From: Candidatus Eiseniibacteriota bacterium
GTDB taxonomy: Bacteria > Eisenbacteria > RBG-16-71-46
Direction: 5' to 3'
DNA length: 64,000 nt
Assembly: GCA_963725865.1 (NCBI GenBank)
Contig: CAVSAC010000012.1
Span: 1,216,001 to 1,280,000, forward strand
Positions 46,380 through 54,860 of the stretch are shown in pieces; position 1 is the stretch's first letter, and every line of letters starts with the position of its first letter. The translations under genes were made by a program, and so were the position numbers. The notes under the pieces were generated by a model. That model had not been told where the DNA came from, did not search any database, and saw only the letters and a program-made list of their open reading frames with translations.

Positions 46380-46460
46380 TCAGCGGACCAGCGCGGACTC
46401 CCGGCCACGCCACGCGCGGCCGGTGCTGCGCCAGTACTCGTATCGACGGCTCGAGATCAC
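46380..46460 (-). CDS. Tyr/Trp leader peptide of aroF, 26 aa (MISSRRYEYWRSTGRAWRGRESALVR)
   Basis: GGAGG SD at 46469-46465, GTG at 46460, TGA at 46382-46380; YEYW cluster. Confidence 0.75.
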   Translation of the reverse strand: MISSRRYEYWRSTGRAWRGRESALVR

Positions 46461-46486
46461 GGTTCCTCCGGGAAACGCAGTGCGCG

Positions 46487-46516
46487 AGCCTAGCATGCGC
46501 CGCGCGCGAGGGTCAA
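46487..46516 (-). promoter_or_regulatory. Candidate promoter TTGACC-N18-TAGGCT (extended -10 TG) for the aroF leader
   Basis: -35 at 46516-46511, -10 at 46492-46487. Confidence 0.65.
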
Positions 46517-46566
46517 AGCCCGGCGCTGCGATGGGGTGCGGTGGCGCGAGCGCGGTGCGCGGCGCG

Positions 46567-47892
46567 TCAGTGCGTGAGCACGAAGCGACGCGTCAGGGTG
46601 GCGCCGACTCCGTCGAAGCGGGCGAAGTACACCCCCGCTCCGGCCGTCGTGCCGTCCTCGGAGTGGCCGTCCCACACGAGCCGCGTGGAGCCGGCATCGA
46701 GGTGGCCATCGGTGAGCGTGCGCACTCGGCGCCCGGCGAGGTCGAACACCGCGACCCGGGCGGGCCCGGCGGCGGGCAGCGCGAGCCGGAACACCGCGCT
46801 GCCGCGCGCCGGATTCGGGATCGGGCCCGAGAACGCGAGCGCGTCCGCGCCGGGGCCAACCGCGAGCCCGCCGGTGGGCTGGAGCAGGAACGCGCGCGTC
46901 AGGGTCCCGTGGCGGCCGACCCCGACGATGTCCCCGGCGTCGTCGATACTGCTCGCCGAGGTGAGCAGCCAGCCGGTGCCGCGCGGGATGACGGTGTTCA
47001 GGTCGATCAGCTTCGCACCGTCCCACAGGAACGCGTGCTGGGTCCCGGACGCGTCGGTCGAGGTGCCGACCACGTCGCCGCGCGCGTTGAGCGCGAACGC
47101 CGCGCTGTACACGCCGCCGAGCGTGCCGAGGTCGATGGTGACCCCTTCGCTCCACAGGAACGCGTGGCTGACGTAGTTGGGCACCTTCATCGACCACCCG
47201 CACACCTTGCCGGCTTCGTTGATCGAGTAGGCGTGGCTGGCCCAGCCGCCGAGCGTGCCCAGATCGGTCATCGATCCGTGGCGCCACAGGAACGCGTGCA
47301 GCTCGTCGTTGGCCGGGATGCGCGCGAAGCCGACGATGTCGCCGAGGCCGTTGATGCAGTAGGCGCGGGCGTCCGTGCCCCCGAGCGTGCCGAGGTCGGT
47401 CATCACGCCGTCGCGCCACAGGAACGCGCGCTCGACGGTGTCGCCGACTCCGAGCGAGGAGCCGACCACGTCGCCGTGGGAGTTGATCCAGCGCGCGTCG
47501 CTCACGGTGCCGCCCAGGGTGCCGAGGTCCTCCATCACGCCCGCGCGCCACCGGAACGCGTGGTAGCCGCCGTCGGGCGCGTCCGCCCAGCCGACCACGT
47601 CGCCGGCGTCGTTGATGTGACGCGCCTGCGACTGGGGACCGCCGAGCGTGCCGAGATCGCGCAGGCCGCCGCCGTCGTCGAGCACCGCGCGCAGCGCGAC
47701 GTCGCCCGGCAGGAACGAGTGCCCGACGATCTGGAGGCTGGAGTTGATGCTGAGGGCGCCGCTCACGCTGCCGCCGAGGCTGCCGAGGTCCTTGACGGTG
47801 TAGAGGGTCTGGGCGCGCGCACGCCCGCCGAGGGCACACGCGATCAGCGCGCACGACGCGACCGTCACGACTCGGCGGAGGCCACGGGCCAA
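46567..47892 (-). CDS. Secreted HAF-repeat (beta-propeller) protein with C-terminal FlgD-Ig-like domain
   Basis: AGGAGG-N7-TTG start; signal peptide; six DLG(S/T)LGG and several (H/R)AF(L/R)W repeats; PNPARG...VFDLAGRRVRTL...WDG...GVYF. Confidence 0.88.
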   Translation of the reverse strand: MARGLRRVVTVASCALIACALGGRARAQTLYTVKDLGSLGGSVSGALSINSSLQIVGHSFLPGDVALRAVLDDGGGLRDLGTLGGPQSQARHINDAGDVVGWADAPDGGYHAFRWRAGVMEDLGTLGGTVSDARWINSHGDVVGSSLGVGDTVERAFLWRDGVMTDLGTLGGTDARAYCINGLGDIVGFARIPANDELHAFLWRHGSMTDLGTLGGWASHAYSINEAGKVCGWSMKVPNYVSHAFLWSEGVTIDLGTLGGVYSAAFALNARGDVVGTSTDASGTQHAFLWDGAKLIDLNTVIPRGTGWLLTSASSIDDAGDIVGVGRHGTLTRAFLLQPTGGLAVGPGADALAFSGPIPNPARGSAVFRLALPAAGPARVAVFDLAGRRVRTLTDGHLDAGSTRLVWDGHSEDGTTAGAGVYFARFDGVGATLTRRFVLTH

Positions 47893-48028
47893 AGGGATCC
47901 CTCCTGGTTCGGGCGCTTCGATGGGAAGCGGTCGCGGCCACCACCCGCCAACCACAAGGTAGACACCCCCCACGCGGCGCTCAAGTTCCGAATGCGGGGG
48001 CGCCGCGCGCGTTTCGTGTATCGGCACT

Positions 48029-48044
48029 TGTGATGTCGTTCACG
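48029..48044. promoter_or_regulatory. CRP/FNR-family-like palindrome TGTGA-N6-TCACG
   Basis: 9 of 10 match to TGTGA-N6-TCACA, intergenic, upstream of the HAF gene. Confidence 0.4.
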
Positions 48045-48060
48045 AGGGGCGGATGCCGCC

Positions 48061-49122
48061 CTACTTCTCCCGGCCGCGCAGGGCGCGCTGGGCCAACCAG
48101 GCGTCCATCAGCGTCAGTGCCAGCATCGCCTCGGCCACCGGCACCACGCGCGGGCAGATGCAGGGATCGTGGCGTCCCTCGATGGCGATGGAGGTGGTGC
48201 CGCCGGCCGCCGTGGCGGCGGTCTGCGGCTTGCCGATCGAGGTCGCCGGTCGCACCGCGACCCGCACCACCACGTCCGCGCCGGTCGAGATGCCGCCCGA
48301 GATGCCGCCCGCGAAGTTGGTCAGGTGGCGGGTGCCGTCGAAGACGTCGTTGGTCTGGGAGCCGCGCAGCTCGCACATGCCGAAACCGCCGCCGATCTCC
48401 ACCCCCTTGGTGGCCGGGATCGAGAGCATCGCGGCGCCCAGCGCGGCGTCGAGCTTGTCCATGGTGGGCTCGCCCCAGCCCGCGGGTAGCCCCCGCGCCA
48501 CCACCTCGACCACGCCGCCGACCGAGTCGCGCTCCTCGCGCGCTCGCAGGATGACCTCCGCCATCGCGGCCGCGGCGGCGGCGTCGGGACAGCGCACGGG
48601 ATTGCGCTCGACCTCGTCCCAGTCGCGCCGCTCGGTGCGCACCTCGCCCACCTGCACGGTGCCGCCGACCAGGCTCACGCCGATGGTGCCGAGCGCGATC
48701 CGCGCGAGCGCCCCGGCGGCCACGCGCCCGACAGTCTCGCGTCCCGAGGAGCGGCCGCCGCCGCGATGGTCGCGCACGCCGTACTTCTCGGCGTAGACGC
48801 GATCGGCGTGGCCGGGGCGGAACACATCCTTGAGGGCGTCGTAGTCCTTCGAGCGCTGGTCCTGGTTGCGCACCAGCATCGCGATCGGGGTGCCGAGGCT
48901 GACTCCGTCGAACACGCCGGAGAGCACCTCGACGGTGTCCGATTCCTGCCGCTGCGTGGTGAGCGCGCTCTGACCCGGTCGCCGGCGTTCCAGCTCGCGC
49001 TGGACGATCGCGACGTCGACCGCGACGCCGGGCGGCAGGCCGTCCACCACCACGCCGACCGCGGGCCCGTGGGACTCGCCGAACGTGGTGACGCGGAACA
49101 GACGTCCGAAGGTGGAGCCCAC
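48061..49122 (-). CDS. aroC: Chorismate synthase
   Basis: TTFGESHG, RRRPGQS, RPGHAD, GGGRSSGRET, GRHDPC. Confidence 0.96.
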   Translation of the reverse strand: MGSTFGRLFRVTTFGESHGPAVGVVVDGLPPGVAVDVAIVQRELERRRPGQSALTTQRQESDTVEVLSGVFDGVSLGTPIAMLVRNQDQRSKDYDALKDVFRPGHADRVYAEKYGVRDHRGGGRSSGRETVGRVAAGALARIALGTIGVSLVGGTVQVGEVRTERRDWDEVERNPVRCPDAAAAAAMAEVILRAREERDSVGGVVEVVARGLPAGWGEPTMDKLDAALGAAMLSIPATKGVEIGGGFGMCELRGSQTNDVFDGTRHLTNFAGGISGGISTGADVVVRVAVRPATSIGKPQTAATAAGGTTSIAIEGRHDPCICPRVVPVAEAMLALTLMDAWLAQRALRGREK

Positions 49123-49123
49123 T

Positions 49124-49603
49124 TCAGCGCGCTCGCGACTTGGCGGGCGCCCGGCGCCGGGCGGTCGGCGCGCGCCGACCGCGGGCCGCACGCGGCGCGC
49201 GCGGAGCGTGGGCCGCATGGAGCCGCGCGCGGAACGCCAGGTGCCCGGCCACCAGCTTCTCGAACTGGTAGAGGTAGGTCGGGCGGATGCTGGCTCGCGC
49301 GCCGGCGATCCACGACTTGCACCGCTCCCACGTCACGATGTCCTCGCCGGTGTGGTCGAAGAACAGCTCGGCGTGCAGCACGCCGCGATTGACCAGCGTC
49401 GCGACCATCTCCCAGTACGAGGTCGTCATCCGGAACCAGCGGTCCTCGTCGGAGTGCGTGAGGTAGCGCGCCTGGATCTCCTCCCAGCCGGCGGGCTTGA
49501 ATTCCGACAGGAACCAGCGGCGCGCCCGCCGCAGCTCGGGGTCGCGCCGGAGTTCGTACAGGTGGAGCAGGAGCTCGGCGTCGGCGTGGGTCGGCTTGGG
49601 CAT
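49124..49603 (-). CDS. Hypothetical helical protein (DUF4760-like)
   Basis: GGAGG SD; DAELLLHLYELRRDPELRRAR, SYWEM; basic low-complexity tail. Confidence 0.7.
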   Translation of the reverse strand: MPKPTHADAELLLHLYELRRDPELRRARRWFLSEFKPAGWEEIQARYLTHSDEDRWFRMTTSYWEMVATLVNRGVLHAELFFDHTGEDIVTWERCKSWIAGARASIRPTYLYQFEKLVAGHLAFRARLHAAHAPRAPRAARGRRAPTARRRAPAKSRAR

Positions 49604-49742
49604 GTCGGGAACCTCCGCGGGGCGTGGGGTGGTGTCCGGGCGCGCATTCTAGCCATTCGAGGCCGGCGCTGCACGGCTCCGGCGCGCCGCGGCGCCGGTC
49701 GGTCGCGTCGAACCGAACGCCCATCGGCGGTGTAGAACCGAC

Positions 49743-50573
49743 ATGCTCCCCCGACTGGTCCAGGCCATCATTCGCGCGGCGGTCCTCGCGACCGTCGTGC
49801 TGGCCGTGGCGTCCGCGGCGTCCGCGGCGTCCGCGGATGGCCCCCTGGGGGGCCCGGGTCCCGGGCCGGCGGCGGGCGTCTTCCCTCCCGCCACCCGCGC
49901 GTTCGGCCGTTCCGACCTGTGGTACGGAGTGGGCGCCACCGCCGCGGTCACGCTGGCCGGGGGCTTCGACCGCGGCGTGGACCGGGTGTCGAGCGGCCCG
50001 GACGATCCCCGCCTCCACGACTTCGCGCGCGGCGTGCGGCCGCTCGGCACGCCCGCCGTGATCGGTCCGAGCGTGGTGGTCGGCTACCTGACCGGCCGGC
50101 TGCTCGACCGACCGGAACTCTCGCGCGGCAGCGTGCGAACCGCGCTGGCGGTCGGCACCGCGAGCCTGCTGTGCGAAGGCATCAAGCTGTCGGTCGGTCG
50201 GATGCGACCCGATATCGCGCCCGGGGAGCCCCGGCGCTTCCGTCCATTCTCCAGCAACGACGCCTTCCCGTCCGGGCACACGACGGTGGCGTTCGCGTTC
50301 GCGACGGCGCTCGACCGCGAGACCGATTCGCCGTGGGTGCCCGCGCTCGCGTATCCGGCCGCCGCCGCGGTGGGCTGGTCGCGGCTCGAGGACGACCGCC
50401 ACTGGCTGAGCGACGTGGTGGCCGGCGCCGCCCTCGGCTGGTGGAGCGCGAACAAGGTCGAGAGCTTCGTGCGCACGCGCGGCGCGCGCCCCACGGGCGG
50501 CCCCTCACGCGTCAGCTGGATCGTCTCGCCCGGCGCCCGCCATTCGCGTTTCGGCGTTCGCGTGCGCTTCTAG
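49743..50573 (+). CDS. PAP2-family phosphatase with signal peptide
   Basis: KLSVGRMRP, FPSGH, SRLEDDRHWLSD catalytic motifs intact. Confidence 0.88.
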   Translation: MLPRLVQAIIRAAVLATVVLAVASAASAASADGPLGGPGPGPAAGVFPPATRAFGRSDLWYGVGATAAVTLAGGFDRGVDRVSSGPDDPRLHDFARGVRPLGTPAVIGPSVVVGYLTGRLLDRPELSRGSVRTALAVGTASLLCEGIKLSVGRMRPDIAPGEPRRFRPFSSNDAFPSGHTTVAFAFATALDRETDSPWVPALAYPAAAAVGWSRLEDDRHWLSDVVAGAALGWWSANKVESFVRTRGARPTGGPSRVSWIVSPGARHSRFGVRVRF

Positions 50574-50653
50574 TTGACCCGGTGCACGCGCCGGCGGAAC
50601 ATCCTGGGCGCGGCCGCACGAACGGTCGCTGACACGGACGCGGGAGGTCTGCG

Positions 50654-51253
50654 ATGGCGAAGAAGATCCTGTTGCTGGCGGGCGACTACGTCGAGGACTA
50701 CGAGATCATGGTGCCGTTCCAGGCCCTGATCGCCGTCGGTCACACCGTGCACGCGGTCTGCCCGGGGAAGCAGAAGGGCGACAAGGTGCGCACCGCCATC
50801 CACGACTTCGAGGGCGACCAGACCTACAGCGAGAAACGCGGCCACGACTTCGTACTCAACGCGACGTTCGACGAGGTGCGCCCCGAGGCGTACGACGCCC
50901 TCGTGATCCCGGGCGGGCGAGCGCCCGAGTACCTGCGGCTGGACCCCAAGGTGCTCGAGCTCGTGAGGCATTTCTTCACCGCCCAGAAGCCGGTGGCCGC
51001 GATCTGTCACGGCGCGCAGATCCTGACCGCCGCCGGCGTCGTGCGCGGGCGGCGGGTGTCGGCCTATCCGGCCGTGGGTCCCGAGGTCACGCTGGCGGGC
51101 GGCGAGTACGCGGCGATCCCGATCGACCAGGCGGTGGTGGACGGTTCGCTGGTGACCGCGCCGGCGTGGCCCGCCCATCCCGACTGGATCGCGAAGTTCC
51201 TGGTGGTGCTGGGCACCCAGATCACCCACGCGCAGCCGGTGGCGACCCGCTGA
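50654..51253 (+). CDS. DJ-1/PfpI family protein
   Basis: [23 protein letters not shown] nucleophile elbow. Confidence 0.93.
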   Translation: MAKKILLLAGDYVEDYEIMVPFQALIAVGHTVHAVCPGKQKGDKVRTAIHDFEGDQTYSEKRGHDFVLNATFDEVRPEAYDALVIPGGRAPEYLRLDPKVLELVRHFFTAQKPVAAICHGAQILTAAGVVRGRRVSAYPAVGPEVTLAGGEYAAIPIDQAVVDGSLVTAPAWPAHPDWIAKFLVVLGTQITHAQPVATR

Positions 51254-51419
51254 AGAGTCCGCGACGTCGAGACGCCGCGTGGACGTTCGCGCGGGGGCTC
51301 GTGCCTGCGCGCCGGGCGCCGCGAAATGACCGCGTCCTGACAGCCGGATCGCGGGCCCATCCGTCCAAGGGGTGCGTCTCGTGGACAGCACAGGAACAGG
51401 CCGAGGAAGGTCGGGCAGG

Positions 51420-51950
51420 ATGTCGAAGACGTGGTCGATGATCGGCGTGGTCGCGGTGGGATTGGGCGTGATGGCGGCCGCGGGGCGCGGCACCGATCCG
51501 CCGGCGCGTCGCGCCGCGGGACCGGAACCCGCCGGCGGTGCGGCGGCGGACACCGTGGGGCACGTGGTGCGCAGCGAGGCCGAGTGGCAGCGCCACCTCA
51601 CGCCCGAGCAGTTCCGGGTGCTGCGCCAGAAGGGCACCGAGCGCGCGTTCACCGGCACCTACTGGGACAACCACGCGACCGGTGTGTACCGCTGCGCCGG
51701 CTGCGGACTCACGCTGTTCCGCTCCGACACCAAGTTCGAGTCCGGTACCGGCTGGCCGAGCTTCTGGGCCCCGATTGCCGCGAGCCACGTGAAGGTGGCC
51801 ACCGACCGAACCCTCGGCATGGAGCGCGACGAGGTGGTGTGCGCGCGCTGCGGCGGGCACCTGGGCCACGTGTTCGACGACGGCCCGCGGCCCACGGGCC
51901 TGCGCTACTGCATGAACTCGGCGGCGCTCGCGTTCGAGAAGACCAAGTGA
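51420..51950 (+). CDS. msrB: Peptide-methionine (R)-S-oxide reductase with N-terminal export/anchor segment
   Basis: [40 protein letters not shown]. Confidence 0.95.
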   Translation: MSKTWSMIGVVAVGLGVMAAAGRGTDPPARRAAGPEPAGGAAADTVGHVVRSEAEWQRHLTPEQFRVLRQKGTERAFTGTYWDNHATGVYRCAGCGLTLFRSDTKFESGTGWPSFWAPIAASHVKVATDRTLGMERDEVVCARCGGHLGHVFDDGPRPTGLRYCMNSAALAFEKTK

Positions 51951-52082
51951 CGACGGCGCGCGGCGCGCTGGTGGATCACCATCAGCCGCCGCGCGTGCCG
52001 CTCGCCTCCTTCCTGGGACCGGGCGAAGTGGAGCGCCGCGGCCACCAACGCCCCGGCCTCGGCGCCCGCTCCCCTCACCGCT

Positions 52083-53222
52083 TCACTTGGGCGCGGTGCC
52101 TTCCCACTGCTGGATCAGCCCCTCGATGTTCTTCCGATTGAGGTCGTCCGGGGCCTGCGGAAGCGCCTTGCGCGCGAACGAGGCCGCCTTCCGCTTGTCC
52201 CCGAGCGCCGCGTAGCCGCGCGCGAGGCCGAGGTTGACCGGCCAGGTGTTCGGATGGCGCTTGGCGTTGGTCTCGAACACCGACATCGCCAGCTGGTTCT
52301 CGCCCTGGCCCTGGAGCTGGCGCGCGAACTGGTGCAGCTGCAGCACGCCGGCATCCATCGGCGCCATCGCCTGCTCGATCGTCTTGCCAGCGTCCGCCGA
52401 CTTGCCGTTGGCGATCTGCAGCTGGGCGAGGTTCGACAGCGTCTGGAAGTTCGCGACCCCGATGCCCTCCCAGCTCACCGCCTGCTGGGCGAACCACAGC
52501 CCGTCGGCGAGATGGGTCTTGTGCGCGAGGCAGTACTGGGACGCCGCGATCCAGTTGATCCACGAGAACCCGTGACGGTCCCGCAGCTCGCGCCTCATCT
52601 GCGCGACGTACAGGTCGTCCATGTGCTCGACCGAGATCTTCACCGGGACCGCGAGGTCCTCCCACTCGAGCGCCACCGTCGCGTGGTCCGGCTCGCGGTC
52701 GGTGAACTCGTAGGTCAGCCACTCGTGGTACTCGTTCTTCGCGGGCTTCACCTTCACGCGCAGCGCGTCCTCGGCCGGGTCGTACGAGAAGCTCCCCCAC
52801 GAGGTGGAGTTGTTCGAGAAGATGATGATCCATTCGTCCTGCCCCGCGATCATGTGCAGGCCGTAGGCGCCCGCCTTCAGCGGCTGGCCCTCGATCAGCA
52901 CGTCGTGCGAGACGGTGAACACCGTGTTTTCGTTCGCTCCCGCGCGCCACGGGCACTTCGTGCAGTTGTTGAAGCCGAGGTCGTAGAGCCCGTACCCGAC
53001 CAGCCCGCCCCAGATCTTGCCGCGGCGGTCGGAGCCGTCCGGGGCGTGCACGTCGGGACTGCTGTAGTCGACCGTCACCTTCACCGGGCCGATCCACTGC
53101 GATACCGAGGCCTTCTGGTTGTCGCCGCTGAACGGCTGGGTGATGGTCTGGGCCGGCGCGAGCGATGCGCACGAAGCCAGTGCCAGGATCGTCGCGAGCA
53201 GCACTGGGGAGCGGCGGGCCAT
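52083..53222 (-). CDS. Secreted DUF2911-domain protein with C-terminal TPR-like helices
   Basis: Signal peptide; VSQWIG...VDYSSP...WRAGANENT; helical repeats. Confidence 0.82.
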   Translation of the reverse strand: MARRSPVLLATILALASCASLAPAQTITQPFSGDNQKASVSQWIGPVKVTVDYSSPDVHAPDGSDRRGKIWGGLVGYGLYDLGFNNCTKCPWRAGANENTVFTVSHDVLIEGQPLKAGAYGLHMIAGQDEWIIIFSNNSTSWGSFSYDPAEDALRVKVKPAKNEYHEWLTYEFTDREPDHATVALEWEDLAVPVKISVEHMDDLYVAQMRRELRDRHGFSWINWIAASQYCLAHKTHLADGLWFAQQAVSWEGIGVANFQTLSNLAQLQIANGKSADAGKTIEQAMAPMDAGVLQLHQFARQLQGQGENQLAMSVFETNAKRHPNTWPVNLGLARGYAALGDKRKAASFARKALPQAPDDLNRKNIEGLIQQWEGTAPK

Positions 53223-53563
53223 GATGCCTCCTGATGGACGAGAGAGGTCGGGGCGTGCGCGCCGGTGTCGGGGCCGCGGCGCGGCGGAGCATGGGTGCCC
53301 GGTGCGGGAAGGGCTCCTTGGTAGCAGCGCTCCCGCCACACGCCTATCACCGAGCGCCCGATGCGGCCATCCGAGCGACCACCGCGGCAGCCCGGCCCTG
53401 CCGAGTCGGCACCGATCATCGCGGGCGCGGAACCGCGGGCGCGCGGACGGGGTACGCCTGGGACGCCACCAAGCGGCGTCGAACGCATCAGCCGGCCCGG
53501 GCTCCCGGTCCGGGTCGGCGTGATGCCGGGCCATTCCGCGGCCGCGGACGGAGGATGGGACTC

Positions 53564-53750
53564 ATGCTCTGGCTGCGCCGCTTCTGGATCCTGGTGGTCC
53601 TGCTCCTGCTCGCCCCGGCCGCGGCACGAGCGGGCGCCGCCTTTGCCTGGTGGTCGGACATGGACGCGCGACTGGTGCAGTGCCCGGCCGGCGACGTCGC
53701 GTTCCACGTCATCCCACGTCGGCTCGCGACGCCGGTCCCGAGCGCCGGCT
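53564..53750 (+). pseudogene. Probable 5' remnant of a secreted-protein gene
   Basis: GGAGG SD; strong signal peptide MLWLRRFWILVVLLLLAPAAARA; after CPAGDVAFHV it runs into the convergent gene as noise. Confidence 0.45.
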
Positions 53751-54860
53751 CTAGCGTTCGACCACCAGCACCCGGAACGATCCCGGCACGATCGCCGGCC
53801 GCGGATGCGGACGCTCGGGCGTCGGCGCTGACGGTGGGCCGAAGTCGGCGGTCGGCAGGTAGAGCTTTCCGGTCGACTCGTCGAGCGCCAGCGTCCGCGC
53901 GCCCCGTTCGGTGGTCGCGGTCTCGGTCACGCGATAGCGCTCCGCCCCGTCCTCGTGGATCACGCTCACCGTGCCCTCGCCGTTCGAGGTGAGGATCAGC
54001 CCGCGCTTCGCGTCGAACGCCGCGCCGTCCACGCCCTGCCCGATCGGCAGCGTGGCGACCCGGCGTCCGTCCCGCGCGTCGAGCACCACGAGCTTCCCAT
54101 TGCCGCAGGCCGAGAACAGCCGATGGTGCGCGTGGTCGAGCGCCAGTCCGGTCGGCCCCTCCCCGGGAGCGAGCGGCCAGCGCGCGAGCACCTTCAGCGC
54201 GCGCGTGTCGAGCACCACCACCGCACTGCTGTCCTCCAGGTTCACGTAGAGGCGCCCGGCGCCGTCCACCTCGGCGAACTCGGGCTTGCCGCCGAGCGGC
54301 ACGGTGCCCACGACCTCGTTCGTGCGGGCGTCGAGCGCGGTCGCGCTGGCGCTGCCGCCGTTGAACGCGAACACCCGGCCCGACGCCGCGTCGTAGGTGA
54401 TGGCGTCGGGATTGCGTTCCGGGAGCTTCACGGTCGCCAGCACGGCGAGCGTCTCGAGATCGAAGACCGTGACCGAGGAATCCCTGCCGTTGCTCGTGAA
54501 TCCACGTCCAAGGTCGGTCGCGAATGCGACACCGTGCACGCCCGGCGTGTTCGGGATCTCGCCAACGACGCTGTCGGTGCGGACGTCCACCACCACCACC
54601 CGCGTGCCATGGGTCACGTACAGACGATGACGCGGCCCATCCACCGCGGCACAGTCCCACCCTCCTTCCCCGCCGATCGGGATGCGGTGGCTGATGGCGA
54701 ACGCCTTGGGCGGCGCGGGCGCCGCGGGCGCGGCGGAGGTGTTCAGCAGGAGCGCGACGGCCAGCACGGCCGGGGTGCGGAGCATGCTCGGGATCATCGG
54801 GACGATCCTCCAGTCCTGGGTGACGGCGACGCGGCGCGGTCCTGCGGGCAACGGATTCAC
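53751..54860 (-). CDS. YncE/YVTN-type beta-propeller, periplasmic
   Basis: GGEGGWD, RLYVTHG, GVHGVA, NPDAI, GKPEF, GARTLALD; start uncertain (54860 or later ATG). Confidence 0.85.
   Translation of the reverse strand: MNPLPAGPRRVAVTQDWRIVPMIPSMLRTPAVLAVALLLNTSAAPAAPAPPKAFAISHRIPIGGEGGWDCAAVDGPRHRLYVTHGTRVVVVDVRTDSVVGEIPNTPGVHGVAFATDLGRGFTSNGRDSSVTVFDLETLAVLATVKLPERNPDAITYDAASGRVFAFNGGSASATALDARTNEVVGTVPLGGKPEFAEVDGAGRLYVNLEDSSAVVVLDTRALKVLARWPLAPGEGPTGLALDHAHHRLFSACGNGKLVVLDARDGRRVATLPIGQGVDGAAFDAKRGLILTSNGEGTVSVIHEDGAERYRVTETATTERGARTLALDESTGKLYLPTADFGPPSAPTPERPHPRPAIVPGSFRVLVVER

Noticed and set aside
47080..47800. Periodic ccgagcgtgccgaggtc repeats resembling a CRISPR array
   Set aside because: They are degenerate in-frame codons of DLGTLGG HAF repeats; no cas genes in the window
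47960..47989. ECF-sigma-like GGAACTT...GTCTA upstream of the HAF gene
   Set aside because: Spacer is 2-3 nt longer than the usual ECF consensus; not supportable
51947..52141. Small ORF starting at a GTG overlapping the msrB stop
   Set aside because: Short, no recognisable family, and overlaps the convergent DUF2911 gene
53230..53550. Possible riboswitch in the long divergent intergenic region
   Set aside because: No cobalamin, TPP, SAM or c-di-GMP core motifs in the required order; high GC makes chance hairpins likely
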